The notes under the pieces are model-generated. The model saw only the letters and a program-made list of their open reading frames with translations. It had not been told where the DNA came from and ran no database searches. Of a stretch of 36,054 bases of DNA, positions 17,171-27,279 are shown piece after piece. The stretch's first letter is position 1. Every line of letters starts with the position of its first letter. The translations under genes were made by a program, and so were the position numbers. The DNA is taken from the IMG/VR virus record IMGVR_UViG_3300025031_000230. One strand, written 5' to 3'. This DNA is from a virus.

Positions 17171-18796
17171 TTATTCATCATCATCTTCTTTTTCAAGCAT
17201 AAAAGACATATAGTTTCCAGTATCAAGTTCTCCGCATGAATAACCTTGATTATATCCATATTGTGGGATTATTAATGTGAAATTTGATTTTGTTTCATTG
17301 GACATAGCTAAGGCATATTGATGACAATCTTTAATACATGGAGCATCATCGGTTATGAAGATTAAGGCAAATGAATATTCATAACCATAACCTTCTAAGT
17401 AGCTTGTTTCTTCATCTTCTAAATTAATAATATTTTCATTAGGATTTAATGTTTTTTCGAATTCTTGTTTAACAAATTTAAAAAATTCTTTAATTCTTTT
17501 ATCAAATTCTTTAGACCCTAAATCAAAAATATCATCATCATAAACAATAGATTGGCTGTCTATTTTTTCTAAAGGAAGATGTATCTTTACTTTAGTTGTT
17601 GGAACAAAATTAATTAATTTTTGTATCGTTTTTTTAAGTTTTGATTCCCCACCAGATATTTTAGTTAAGCAATCAATATTGCTTTGAATAACAAATAAAT
17701 TGTCATTATGTTTTTGTGACAACGAAAAATATGGCTGAGGATTGCCACAATATGTAGTCGGTTGACCTATATATTTGTGAAAAAATGGTATAAAGTCTAG
17801 ATATTGATATGCTTTTTTCATTGCATATCCATTGTAAATCTTATCTTCTAATAATGTTTTTAAAATAACATCTTTACGAAGTGTTTTTGTTTCTAATATT
17901 TGAGGTAATTCATGGTCAAGAATAGATTCTTTGATAAATATTTTAAGGGAAAATGTGTCAGAATTTATTTTTGAAGGATGAACTGTTTCTTCGTCTAAGT
18001 TATCGCCTAAGTATAATGAATAGTTTTCTAAAATTGTGTCATATTCATCACTAGCTCTATATGTATTATATAGGAATGTCTTATTTTTAAATATTCTTAA
18101 CACACAATGTGAAGTTCTTGAATTAGATGCTGTATCATTAACTATTTGTTCTAATAGAGAATTATCCTCACTAATAATATCATCTTCTACCATTTTATTA
18201 ATTAAGTCCATACTGATAAATACAACAGATTGACCATAATCAGATAGTTTTTTAGGTACTGTTTGTGTCCAAATAATCCCTAAGTCATTATGATGAATAA
18301 TACTAAAAGCTATCTCTTTATTTTCTGTTTCATTATTTAAAATATAGTCAGACACCTCTTGTAAGTCATTTCTAATTTTAATATTATCATAATCAAGAGT
18401 TCCCATTGTATCATTGCTAATTCCAATAACACGATGATGATTTCTAATTGCTATAGCACCATTAGGTAAAAGTTTAGGAACCCATGTTTCACCAGCCCAA
18501 ACACTAATATCTAAATTAGCATCAAAAATTTTCCATAATAAATCAAATTGTTCACCATTTAATTTTTTTCGAGCATTTGAAATATGAATTAAAATACTTT
18601 CTATTTTATCTTCAAGATAATCACAAGGTAAAGATATTGTGGAGTTATATGTTCTAGTTGCTTTAGATTTTATAAGTGCTTTTGCTAAAATTATAGAATC
18701 TATTTTGGGGAAAAAATCTGGTAGATTTTCAAAATCATTATTAAAAAGTTGGTCGACAACTTCATTTATTTGTTTGTTCGTTATTTTTTCAATCAT
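17171..18796 (-). CDS. Large hypothetical protein
   Basis: 541-aa ORF with AGGAG RBS; no motif recognised. Confidence 0.8.
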   Translation of the reverse strand: MIEKITNKQINEVVDQLFNNDFENLPDFFPKIDSIILAKALIKSKATRTYNSTISLPCDYLEDKIESILIHISNARKKLNGEQFDLLWKIFDANLDISVWAGETWVPKLLPNGAIAIRNHHRVIGISNDTMGTLDYDNIKIRNDLQEVSDYILNNETENKEIAFSIIHHNDLGIIWTQTVPKKLSDYGQSVVFISMDLINKMVEDDIISEDNSLLEQIVNDTASNSRTSHCVLRIFKNKTFLYNTYRASDEYDTILENYSLYLGDNLDEETVHPSKINSDTFSLKIFIKESILDHELPQILETKTLRKDVILKTLLEDKIYNGYAMKKAYQYLDFIPFFHKYIGQPTTYCGNPQPYFSLSQKHNDNLFVIQSNIDCLTKISGGESKLKKTIQKLINFVPTTKVKIHLPLEKIDSQSIVYDDDIFDLGSKEFDKRIKEFFKFVKQEFEKTLNPNENIINLEDEETSYLEGYGYEYSFALIFITDDAPCIKDCHQYALAMSNETKSNFTLIIPQYGYNQGYSCGELDTGNYMSFMLEKEDDDE

Positions 18797-18807
18797 GATA
18801 GCTCCTG

Positions 18808-19365
18808 TTATATTTGTTGGTTTTTAAGTAAAAATTCAAATGGTGATTTGGTTTTTAATGAATCAAGAATGAGGTTTTCCCAATTTGATGAATTAAAAAA
18901 ATCTTTGTTGCAGTCTGTAATTATTTTATAAAATCCGACTAAATCGGTTCTAACACCTATACTTTTATTCTCTAAGTCTTGATAATCAATCCATGGTTTA
19001 GTTCCCATAAGTGTTTTTCTACCATTTACTATTTGAATAAGTGATGGTTCCCAATCGCTTACAAAAATATTTTGATTTAAATCAATAAATACATTTTTAC
19101 GATTAAGATCTCCATGGGTTATTCCTAAATAAAATGCTTTTGTAACAATTCTACAAAGTTCAATCTTTTGAGATTTGGTAATCTTCCCATAGTTGATATT
19201 GTTTGATTTTATTCGTGTAGTTTTACGAATAATATTGTCATCATTTAATTCAAAATAAGTGTAGCTTGTTTCATTTAATGTTAACTTCTTAATTAAATCT
19301 ATACGAGATAATATTTTATCTTTATTTTCAATTAAGTTAATATAAGAATATGTTTTAATAATCAT
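18808..19365 (-). CDS. Minimal protein-kinase-like protein
   Basis: HGDLNRKN catalytic loop, DWE at the DFG position, GTKPW, TDL. Confidence 0.75.
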   Translation of the reverse strand: MIIKTYSYINLIENKDKILSRIDLIKKLTLNETSYTYFELNDDNIIRKTTRIKSNNINYGKITKSQKIELCRIVTKAFYLGITHGDLNRKNVFIDLNQNIFVSDWEPSLIQIVNGRKTLMGTKPWIDYQDLENKSIGVRTDLVGFYKIITDCNKDFFNSSNWENLILDSLKTKSPFEFLLKNQQI

Positions 19366-19595
19366 TGAGAAAGAATAGTTTTATCATTTTCCATCTCTAT
19401 TTCAAATTCAATCGAAACTGAACCAACTGAAATTATAAGAGTAGTTCCAAAACATGGAGAAGTTTCAATTGTATAGGTAACTCCTGGGAATTCGACTTCT
19501 TCATCAAAATGTCCCTTAACAATTGGTTTAATCCAATCAGAATAAAGTTTGGTTTGTTCTTCAGTGAGAATGATATTTAAATTTAAAATTGCCAT
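19362..19595 (-). CDS. Small hypothetical protein
   Basis: ATGA overlap with the kinase-like gene. Confidence 0.65.
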   Translation of the reverse strand: MAILNLNIILTEEQTKLYSDWIKPIVKGHFDEEVEFPGVTYTIETSPCFGTTLIISVGSVSIEFEIEMENDKTILSQ

Positions 19596-19740
19596 AAGAT
19601 ACTTTTTCTTAAAATTATTTTCAGTTTAATCTAATTACTTGTTTGATGTCAACTTATTTTAACCTTTAAACAAGGATTTTTATTATTGACTAAACTGAAA
19701 ATAATTTTAAGAAAAAAGAAATGATTATGGGTTTAAAAAA

Positions 19741-20247
19741 ATGAAAATAAATAAATTTTTTAAATTTAAAGATAATAAATTATTATTAATATCAATCTTA
19801 TCTTTTGGAAGTGTTGCTGGAGCATTAGTGTCACAATATGTGTATGATATGCAACCTTGTTCTTGGTGTATTTTACAAAGAATAGTTTTTATAGTTATTG
19901 GAATTGTAAGTTTAATTTTTTATATAAATTCAAAAATGAAAATTATTGGTTTTGGATTGGTATCAATTTTTTCTAGTTTAGGAATAATGGTAGCTATGTA
20001 TCAATTTTTTGTAGCATCAAAAAATTTTGATTGTAATATTTCTATTGCAGAAAAAATTATTGTTGCTACAGGATTAAATAATATTCCAGAGTTGTTTGGA
20101 ATATACGCATTATGTGCAGATCTATCACCATTAATATTTGGTATCCCTTATGTGTTATGGTCTTGTATTATGTTTTTAGGAATAATGATAATATCAGATA
20201 TATGTGTATTTAATACTGTTAAATTAAATAGAGTTATTGAAAAATAA
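19741..20247 (+). CDS. dsbB: Disulfide bond formation protein DsbB
   Basis: PCSWCILQR motif, second Cys pair (DCN...ALCAD), four hydrophobic segments. Confidence 0.9.
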   Translation: MKINKFFKFKDNKLLLISILSFGSVAGALVSQYVYDMQPCSWCILQRIVFIVIGIVSLIFYINSKMKIIGFGLVSIFSSLGIMVAMYQFFVASKNFDCNISIAEKIIVATGLNNIPELFGIYALCADLSPLIFGIPYVLWSCIMFLGIMIISDICVFNTVKLNRVIEK

Positions 20248-20321
20248 TTTAAACTTGATAATATATATAGATATATATAAAAGATGTTGTTTTGTTAACA
20301 TCTATTTTAAAAGGATTAAAG

Positions 20322-20792
20322 ATGAGGCCGTTAAGAAATAAAAAAGAAGATTTTATAATTGGAGTTGTTGATAGACTTAAAGATGGTCGTTGGGGGGTAA
20401 ATGAAATAGATTACTTGAATGAAAACCACTCAAGATACCATTTAAATTATGAAGATATAGGAATGTTGTTAGTATATGCATATAAGTATGCATATACTAT
20501 GGCAATGGAAGATGGTGTAGTTACACAATTAGAACAAGATCAATTAAATCAAATAAACTTAATGTATAACTATTCTTATTTACCTAAAAGTAGATATGAA
20601 AGAGAGGCATTAAAAGTAAAAATTCTAGTTTTAACGAGACAATATGAAAAAACTAATACAGTTCAAGAAAGTATAATATTAGAAGACCACTATAAACAAG
20701 AAAATGAAATTAAAAATGAAGTAAAAAGTATTTATTATAAAAGTAGATACCCAAGACCTAAATTAACACCATATTCAAATTATGGATATTAA
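20322..20792 (+). CDS. Hypothetical protein
   Basis: AAGGA RBS before ATG 20322; ends RYPRPKLTPYSNYGY. Confidence 0.7.
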   Translation: MRPLRNKKEDFIIGVVDRLKDGRWGVNEIDYLNENHSRYHLNYEDIGMLLVYAYKYAYTMAMEDGVVTQLEQDQLNQINLMYNYSYLPKSRYEREALKVKILVLTRQYEKTNTVQESIILEDHYKQENEIKNEVKSIYYKSRYPRPKLTPYSNYGY

Positions 20793-20795
20793 AAA

Positions 20796-20819
20796 AGGTC
20801 ATAATAAATATTATGACCT
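20796..20819. terminator. Bidirectional terminator hairpin
   Basis: AGGTCATAATA / TATTATGACCT between convergent genes. Confidence 0.7.
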
Positions 20820-20842
20820 AATGAAAAAAATAGATAAACTAT

Positions 20843-21364
20843 TTAAATAGTTTTATTTCTTTTATCCATTTTAATTTTCCATTTTTCAGTTAAAGTATCA
20901 GCATTAATTTCGTCAGTTAATTCATTAACTGTATATTTCTGAAGGTTAACTTCATCTTCTGTAACATTAGCAATAACATAGCCTTTTTTATTGGTAATGT
21001 TACCAATTTTAGAATTAGATGGTGAAACCTTCTTTTGCATAATTTCAATTTTTCTAATATCTGAAGATTTACGAAGTAAGATTTTCATCTCACCAACAAT
21101 AATATTGGTAACTAAATTAGAAGCGAGAGAATCACCAACTTCAATAAATAAATTAGAGCGCATAGAGCTAATCACACGAGCTAAATTATGTGCTGTTAAG
21201 ATTCCGGCATCATTAGCTTTAGCAAGCTGTAATATTGTGTTGCGAAAACCAGACATTATTTTCCCAGTCCGTTTAGCAACTAATGGCTGATCTAAAGTGT
21301 TTAAGTAGTCAGCAAGATAGAGTGCTGCCGGTGTTTTTCCAAAAGTGTTTTTATCTAAATTCAT
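20843..21364 (-). CDS. Hypothetical protein
   Basis: ATG with AGGT RBS. Confidence 0.75.
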   Translation of the reverse strand: MNLDKNTFGKTPAALYLADYLNTLDQPLVAKRTGKIMSGFRNTILQLAKANDAGILTAHNLARVISSMRSNLFIEVGDSLASNLVTNIIVGEMKILLRKSSDIRKIEIMQKKVSPSNSKIGNITNKKGYVIANVTEDEVNLQKYTVNELTDEINADTLTEKWKIKMDKRNKTI

Positions 21365-21433
21365 ATTTTTACCTATTTGTGTTATTTAATTAATATATGT
21401 GATTATATATCTTTTTTATTAAAAAATGTAAAA

Positions 21434-22183
21434 TTAATTAATTTTTAAAGAAAAAGAGTTGTTATATGTTTTCATATGTTCTGCGACATAAGCATTAGCT
21501 TCAATCGTTTTTTCTCCATTAGATAGAATTGATTTTCTGAGATCCGTTAATTCTTCTGAAACATATGCAGAATCTTGTTCATACATTGATTTCCAAATTG
21601 AGATAAGATTTAAGACATCAGCATTATCATATGACTGAGATAATGTTTTAATAAAACCGTTAGTAATTTGTTTGTAAGTGCTATTAATGAGTTCTTTTCT
21701 AGACTGAAGATGCCTAAAATATTTTAAACTAATTTCTGTATTGTTTTTATTATAGTATGATGCAGTTTGTGTCGTAATGATATTGTTCTTATTGAAAAAA
21801 TCAATATAGTAAAGGTTTTCTTGTTGATATTTTGAAGCAACTTTTGCAACATTATCAATGTAGCTTAAAATATTCTTAATGTCTTTCTCACTAATTGATT
21901 TAATCTTTAGAATTTGTTCTTTTTTAATGTCTTCATTAATTTTTTGATTAATAATATTTTCAGCTTGTCGTTGTTCAATAAGAGTTTTTACTGAGTAACT
22001 CCCAATCAAAATAATAAGTCCAATCAAAAAATATCGTAAAACTACTTTGATATTAGTAGCATTGATTGATTTTGAAAGTTGATAAATACTAAGTGCTAAA
22101 AAACTTGGTGAATCAGTTGAAGATTCTTGTTTCTTTTAAAAAAAATCAAGTTCATCTACATTACCTTTTGTGGAATTATTCAT
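21434..22183 (-). pseudogene. Membrane-anchored hypothetical gene interrupted by one in-frame TAA at codon 16
   Basis: AAGGT RBS and ATG 22183 are in frame with the 21434-22027 ORF; the only stop is at 22136-22138. Confidence 0.65.
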
Positions 22184-22241
22184 TTTATAACCTTATTAAT
22201 GGAGTTTATCGGATAGGATAATTATAACATGAATTAACTGA

Positions 22242-22835
22242 TTATGGTGTTATTGTAATTTTTTTATTATCTAGACTTGAGTTTTTAATATCAAAATTAG
22301 AGTATACACTTTTTTTATTTAAAAGATTATTAAGGATGATGGATAAGTTTTCATAATTAAAAGAATATCCATATTTGCTATCATCTGATTCTTTTGGAAC
22401 ATCCTTAAAAATTTCATTTTCATCAAAAGATTTATGTGGGGTAGTTATTGAAACAACTTTAGATGTTTCATTCCCTTGTTCGCTAATATAATAAAATTTA
22501 ATTTTATGAATATAGTCGTCAATTTTATCATCATAAAAAGTATGAGTTAATTTAAAAAATATTTTTTTATTTTGAATAAAATCATTTATAAAATGAGGTG
22601 TTAATTTTTCTTGGAGTTCTAATATTTTAACATCACCAACTAATTCATCATAACGCATTATCTGAAGAGGCATATTATTGGTTGCTTCATTAAGTAATTT
22701 ATGAATGCCAATACAATTAGCAAAAATTAGATAAATGAAATTATTAGAAAATATAAAGTTTTCTCTGTAATTAACACTTTGAATTAATTCCTTAAGTTCA
22801 TTTTTATATTCTTTGTGAAGCTGTTCATTAATCAT
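22242..22835 (-). CDS. Hypothetical protein
   Basis: 197-aa ORF with ATG start. Confidence 0.7.
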   Translation of the reverse strand: MINEQLHKEYKNELKELIQSVNYRENFIFSNNFIYLIFANCIGIHKLLNEATNNMPLQIMRYDELVGDVKILELQEKLTPHFINDFIQNKKIFFKLTHTFYDDKIDDYIHKIKFYYISEQGNETSKVVSITTPHKSFDENEIFKDVPKESDDSKYGYSFNYENLSIILNNLLNKKSVYSNFDIKNSSLDNKKITITP

Positions 22836-22966
22836 AAATGTGTATATCTTTCAATTGTAACAAATTATTATTTTATTTTAAAAATAAAAAATTGTCAATT
22901 TAGTATAAAGGTGAAGAATTGATTTTTTTTGAATAAAAATTATCATTCCATAGAAAATGGAACGGG

Positions 22967-22995
22967 TTGACACTTATTACTTTTTTACTTATATT
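22967..22995 (+). promoter_or_regulatory. Sigma70-like promoter
   Basis: TTGACA-N17-TATATT upstream of 23031. Confidence 0.65.
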
Positions 22996-23030
22996 GGTGG
23001 TCTAATTATGAAACTATCAGGATTTAATAT

Positions 23031-24683
23031 ATGTCACAAGAAGAAAGCAAAGAGATTATAAAAGACTTGTTTGATTCCAACGATTTTCAGATAATGTTTG
23101 AACTCGTTGCTGAAAGAAATCGCCAAATTAAGGAACATCAAGATTTAATGGGTAAATTTTTTAAGCTATTAAATATAGATAACTTAAGGGGATTATTGGA
23201 TAAAAACAAAATGCTTGAATTTTTAGATGCTTTAATTCCATTTTTTAGAGATGATGAAAGATTTAATAAGCAAGAAAAAAAAGCTTTTTTAAATGGTTGT
23301 GAAAATATTTTATTCTTAAATTCATTAATGTTTGAAAAATATGATTATGCAGAATATTTAAATCAATTTAGATTAGATAAAGATTTGAAGTCAAATCGTT
23401 CTTTTTTAATTCAACAAATAGAGGCAAATGATACTAAGTCCATAGAGAAGTTATTAGAGTATTCAGATAAGGTAAATTTTGATTCTAGTTTGGTTTTGAG
23501 ATTATTATATTCAAAGATGAATAGAGACTATTCGTTTATAAAAAGAATAATTGTAAAGCATGGATTAGATATTAATGGATTTGGTGAAATTTATAAAGAA
23601 TATAATGTAAGTGGAACATTTCTTCATTCAATTTTAATTGAAAAAGATGTATTATCACAAAAATATTTAAATAATTTCTTAAAAGATTTTGGTGATAAAA
23701 TTAATTTCGAATTAAAGATAAAAATAAAAGAAGAAGAATATACTTGGATTGAATTGATTTTAGAGGATAAAAATCTAGAAACAACCGAAAAAATAGAAAA
23801 AATAACAAGTGTATTAAATTATGGAAGTTTATCAGAAAAACAGATTAATGATTTATGTGGGATATTAATTTCAGAAGAAATAATAAGTATTTTCTATGAT
23901 AATGTAATTTATGATGCACTTTTTTCACATCAATCATTTAATTCAAGTTTTTTTGATAGAGAAAAAATAATAAATAAATTACTATCCTTGGATAATTCAA
24001 AATTATTTGATGCAGTAAGAGAAAAAACAAATAATACAATAAATCCAACATCTGTTATGTTAGATAAGTTATTTAGGTTTATTTCTCCAGTTAATTATAA
24101 TGATCCACATCCTTTTTCTATTTGGATGAAGGCTAATGGTTTAAATTTACATGCATCAATTAATACTTTAAATAGTTTAATTCTTCACTATAAGAGAGAA
24201 ATGGATGAAGTTTCATTTAAGGGAATACGAATTCATGATAAGCTATTAAATATATTAATTGATAATGGAATTATAGATGAACCAAAACGAAAAGTTAAAA
24301 TATTAGTAAAGAATGAAGAAGTAATAAAAGAATCAGAAAAACCTTTAATTGAGATGAAGGAAAAGATAGATCAGCCATCTACATCAAAAATAACAAAAGC
24401 AACGATTAAAGATATTAAAGATGTTGAAATAAAAAACTATATAGATTCTATAATTTTTGAAGCTCAACAATTCAAAACAATATATACTGAGGGGGATAAT
24501 GAGTCTCAAGATTTTGATTATATAAAAAATATATTGCCAAAATTATTAAGTAGAACGATTCAAAACTATTTAGAGTTTACAAGAACTAAAGATCCAATTG
24601 AAGTAAAGAAAAATACATTAATTCAATTAAAATTATTAAATAAAAAAACATTTGAAATATTAAATAAATCTTTAGAAAAATAA
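23031..24683 (+). CDS. Large hypothetical helical protein
   Basis: 550-aa ORF with promoter and AGGA RBS; C-terminus weakly XpaC-like. Confidence 0.8.
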   Translation: MSQEESKEIIKDLFDSNDFQIMFELVAERNRQIKEHQDLMGKFFKLLNIDNLRGLLDKNKMLEFLDALIPFFRDDERFNKQEKKAFLNGCENILFLNSLMFEKYDYAEYLNQFRLDKDLKSNRSFLIQQIEANDTKSIEKLLEYSDKVNFDSSLVLRLLYSKMNRDYSFIKRIIVKHGLDINGFGEIYKEYNVSGTFLHSILIEKDVLSQKYLNNFLKDFGDKINFELKIKIKEEEYTWIELILEDKNLETTEKIEKITSVLNYGSLSEKQINDLCGILISEEIISIFYDNVIYDALFSHQSFNSSFFDREKIINKLLSLDNSKLFDAVREKTNNTINPTSVMLDKLFRFISPVNYNDPHPFSIWMKANGLNLHASINTLNSLILHYKREMDEVSFKGIRIHDKLLNILIDNGIIDEPKRKVKILVKNEEVIKESEKPLIEMKEKIDQPSTSKITKATIKDIKDVEIKNYIDSIIFEAQQFKTIYTEGDNESQDFDYIKNILPKLLSRTIQNYLEFTRTKDPIEVKKNTLIQLKLLNKKTFEILNKSLEK

Positions 24684-24705
24684 AAAATTTGAGGACAATA
24701 AAAAG

Positions 24706-24736
24706 AAAAGACTCATGATGATGACATGAGTCTTTT
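24706..24736. terminator. Bidirectional intrinsic terminator
   Basis: AAAAGACTCATG-N7-CATGAGTCTTTT between convergent genes. Confidence 0.8.
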
Positions 24737-24759
24737 TCTTTACGTTGATTTAAATTGTA

Positions 24760-25953
24760 TTATTTAACAGAAAAAACTTGACGAAGATAAGCTAAATATT
24801 CTTCATTTTTACACATTGATTTTCCAGGTGAGTCACTAATTTTAGCAACTGGAGAACCATTGCATGAAGTCATCTTAATCACAATATTAAGAGCTTTAAC
24901 ACCCATGTCGTTAGTTAGATTGGTTCCAATACCAAAAAATGTTTTAACTTTACCATAAAAGGTTTGAAAAAGTTCAATTGATTTATCAATATTTAAGCCA
25001 TCAGAAAAAACAAAAATTTTTGTTTTAGGGTCAATTTTCATACTTTCATAGTGTTCAATCATTCTGTTACCCCAAATAACAGGGTCGCCACTATCGTGCC
25101 GAACACCATCAAATAGTTTACAGAAAAACAAATCAAAATCGGCACAAAATGCTTCCATACCAATCACGTCAGTAAGAGCAATACCTAAATCTCCACGGAA
25201 CTCTTGCACCCATTTGTCAAAAGCAAACTTTTGACTATCACGAAGCCGAGGACCAAGTGCTTGGCAACCTTGTAAAAATTCATGGGCCATAGTCCCAATA
25301 GGGGTTAGATTATGCCTCATAGCAAAAAGAACATTGCTAGTGCCTGTAAAATTATCAGGTAATGCATTTTTAAATGCAACAATAACTTCTTCTTGCCAAT
25401 CACGGCTGTAACGACGACGAGTTCCAAAATCAGAGAATTTAAATTCTTTATTATTAAGTTCACAAACTTTTTGAATTTTTACTTGAAGACGTTCACGACC
25501 AGTAACAAAATGTTCAGTATTTTGAGTTTGACGAAAGTAAACTTCATTAATGATAGAAAGAACTGGAACTTCAAATAAAATGGTATGAACCCATGGGCCA
25601 CGAATTACAACATCAATTTCATTTTCATTGAGAGCGATAATATTAATGTATTTGCGTTGAAGTTTGAAGATGCTCAAAAAAGCAATATAGTCATCAGTGG
25701 TATAACGAAGACTATCCATGAAATTTAATTCTTCTTCACTAAACTTGAGTGTGCAAAGGTGGTCAATTTGACGATTGATTTCATCAATAAACTGAACCAT
25801 ATTAATATTTGTGTCACGACATTTAAAGTGAAATTCAACATCACTTGCATTTGGAAACTGGTGCATGACAGCTTGTTGCATAGTAAATTTGTATAAGTCA
25901 GTATCCAAAAGAGATTCAATAATTGGAACGAATTTTTGTTGTTTAAATTTCAT
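24760..25953 (-). CDS. pncB: Nicotinate phosphoribosyltransferase
   Basis: SLLDTDLYKFTM, DFGTRRR, GTMAHE, RHDSGDP, FSDGL, FGIGTNLTND, AKISDSPGK. Confidence 0.97.
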   Translation of the reverse strand: MKFKQQKFVPIIESLLDTDLYKFTMQQAVMHQFPNASDVEFHFKCRDTNINMVQFIDEINRQIDHLCTLKFSEEELNFMDSLRYTTDDYIAFLSIFKLQRKYINIIALNENEIDVVIRGPWVHTILFEVPVLSIINEVYFRQTQNTEHFVTGRERLQVKIQKVCELNNKEFKFSDFGTRRRYSRDWQEEVIVAFKNALPDNFTGTSNVLFAMRHNLTPIGTMAHEFLQGCQALGPRLRDSQKFAFDKWVQEFRGDLGIALTDVIGMEAFCADFDLFFCKLFDGVRHDSGDPVIWGNRMIEHYESMKIDPKTKIFVFSDGLNIDKSIELFQTFYGKVKTFFGIGTNLTNDMGVKALNIVIKMTSCNGSPVAKISDSPGKSMCKNEEYLAYLRQVFSVK

Positions 25954-25981
25954 TTTTTTCCTATTTAATTACGATGAATGA

Positions 25982-26021
25982 ATTATAATACACTTAGTTG
26001 AGTTTGTCAACTAAGTGTATT
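25982..26021 (-). promoter_or_regulatory. Consensus sigma70 promoter of pncB overlapped by a 35-bp palindromic operator
   Basis: TTGACA (26010-26005)-N17-TATAAT (25987-25982); arms AATACACTTAGTTGA / TCAACTAAGTGTATT. Confidence 0.88.
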
Positions 26022-26042
26022 GTTTATTTTTAATAAGTTGGA

Positions 26043-26249
26043 TTATTTAAACTTAAGAGACTCTGCTCTCATTTTATCAATACTAGCAGAGATTTTATCC
26101 AATTGTTCTTCATTTGCTCGTGCATCGTCAAGAAGCAATTTACGAATTTGAGCCATTCTTTCCAATGTTCCTTGTCCTGGGTGATTGTCGCTTTTGCCAT
26201 CAATGTATTCAAACATTAAATCAAGTTGGTATTCTGACATTCCTAACAT
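26043..26249 (-). CDS. Small hypothetical protein
   Basis: GGAG RBS supplied by the end of the upstream gene. Confidence 0.65.
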   Translation of the reverse strand: MLGMSEYQLDLMFEYIDGKSDNHPGQGTLERMAQIRKLLLDDARANEEQLDKISASIDKMRAESLKFK

Positions 26250-26250
26250 G

Positions 26251-26514
26251 TTATTTTACTCCAAAGTGTTTAATAATGCTATTGCCTGATTCAACACAGG
26301 CAATATCCCAAGTATGGCCAAGCCGATCTCTTGCCTCTTTATCTTCATACGGACACGGGACTGCTCGTGCAATTCTAGCACATTCTTGAATAATCAAATC
26401 GGCTAATTTGCCAATATTGCGGTCACCCCAAAGTGTATTCTCGCTGATACCAAGCCCAGTGGGATACATTACCATACCAGCTTGTTTAGCAAGTGCTTCA
26501 ATTCGTTCGTTCAT
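26251..26514 (-). CDS. Small phage-type hypothetical protein (MNERI..LA.QA...A.LI..ECA...HFGV)
   Basis: Motif I recognise from aquatic phage hypotheticals; GGAG RBS. Confidence 0.75.
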   Translation of the reverse strand: MNERIEALAKQAGMVMYPTGLGISENTLWGDRNIGKLADLIIQECARIARAVPCPYEDKEARDRLGHTWDIACVESGNSIIKHFGVK

Positions 26515-26528
26515 TATTTTACTCCAAA
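26251..26528. repeat. 15-bp direct repeat flanking the 87-aa ORF
   Basis: TTATTTTACTCCAAA at 26251-26265 and 26514-26528. Confidence 0.8.
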
Positions 26529-26580
26529 AGTTTTGTATATTATGTTTTAAAAGAATTATAACAGGTTAATGTATTAAAAA

Positions 26581-27267
26581 TTAAGGTTTTGGTGAAGATT
26601 TTAAAATATTGCTATCAAAATTAAATACAATATCATTAACTAACGAATAAAGTTTAGCCGGGCGATAAGCTCCTTCTTTAATTTGTTCGCCAGTTTCAAA
26701 AAGCACACCAGTTTCATCAATTTTCTTTCTGAATGTACTTTTATCAAGAGGTTCACCAAGAATAATTTCATAAACTTGTTGTAGTTTTGGAAGTGTAAAT
26801 GGGTGTGGTAAAAAGTGCATTGGAAGTGTTGAGTAATTAACTTTGTCAGTTAATCTCTTAACTGCTAAGTCAATAATATGATTATGATCAAATGCAAGAG
26901 AAGTATTTTTAATTTCACTAATTGGCTTCCAAACAGCATTAGAGACAACACTTTGCTTATCAACTAAAGCAATATAAGCAATAGAGATAGTTGGACCACG
27001 AGGGTCATGACCACTTCTAGTAAATAATTGTTCAACATAATTAACTTTAGCACCAGTCTTTTCCGAAAGGACACGAGCAGTAGCATTTTCAAGACTAGTA
27101 TCTTCTTGGCTAACTAACCCACCAGGAAGAGAATATTTCCCATTAAAAACTCCGTGTGTTCGTTTAACAAGAAGAACATGGAGTTGATTGTCAATAATGG
27201 AAAAAATAACAGGATCGACACTAACTGGAAAAATGAATTTTTGAATTTCTGGTTTAAATTTAGGCAT
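26581..27267 (-). CDS. nrtR: NrtR-family Nudix/wHTH transcriptional regulator
   Basis: VSVD.VIF, degenerate Nudix box SLPGG...ARVLSEKTG, RDP-like HDPRG, C-terminal FTL..LQ.VYE.ILG..LDK..FRKK...RPAKLY; GGAG RBS before ATG 27267. Confidence 0.9.
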   Translation of the reverse strand: MPKFKPEIQKFIFPVSVDPVIFSIIDNQLHVLLVKRTHGVFNGKYSLPGGLVSQEDTSLENATARVLSEKTGAKVNYVEQLFTRSGHDPRGPTISIAYIALVDKQSVVSNAVWKPISEIKNTSLAFDHNHIIDLAVKRLTDKVNYSTLPMHFLPHPFTLPKLQQVYEIILGEPLDKSTFRKKIDETGVLFETGEQIKEGAYRPAKLYSLVNDIVFNFDSNILKSSPKP

Positions 27268-27279
27268 GAATAACTCCAA

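Noticed and set aside
20322-20792. TerB-like call from AMEDGVVTQLEQDQL
   Set aside because: A single short motif; the rest does not clearly fit.
21434-24692. Alternative genetic code (TAA read-through)
   Set aside because: Well-conserved genes such as pncB, hup, nrtR and the ligase end at TAA; two isolated cases do not support recoding.
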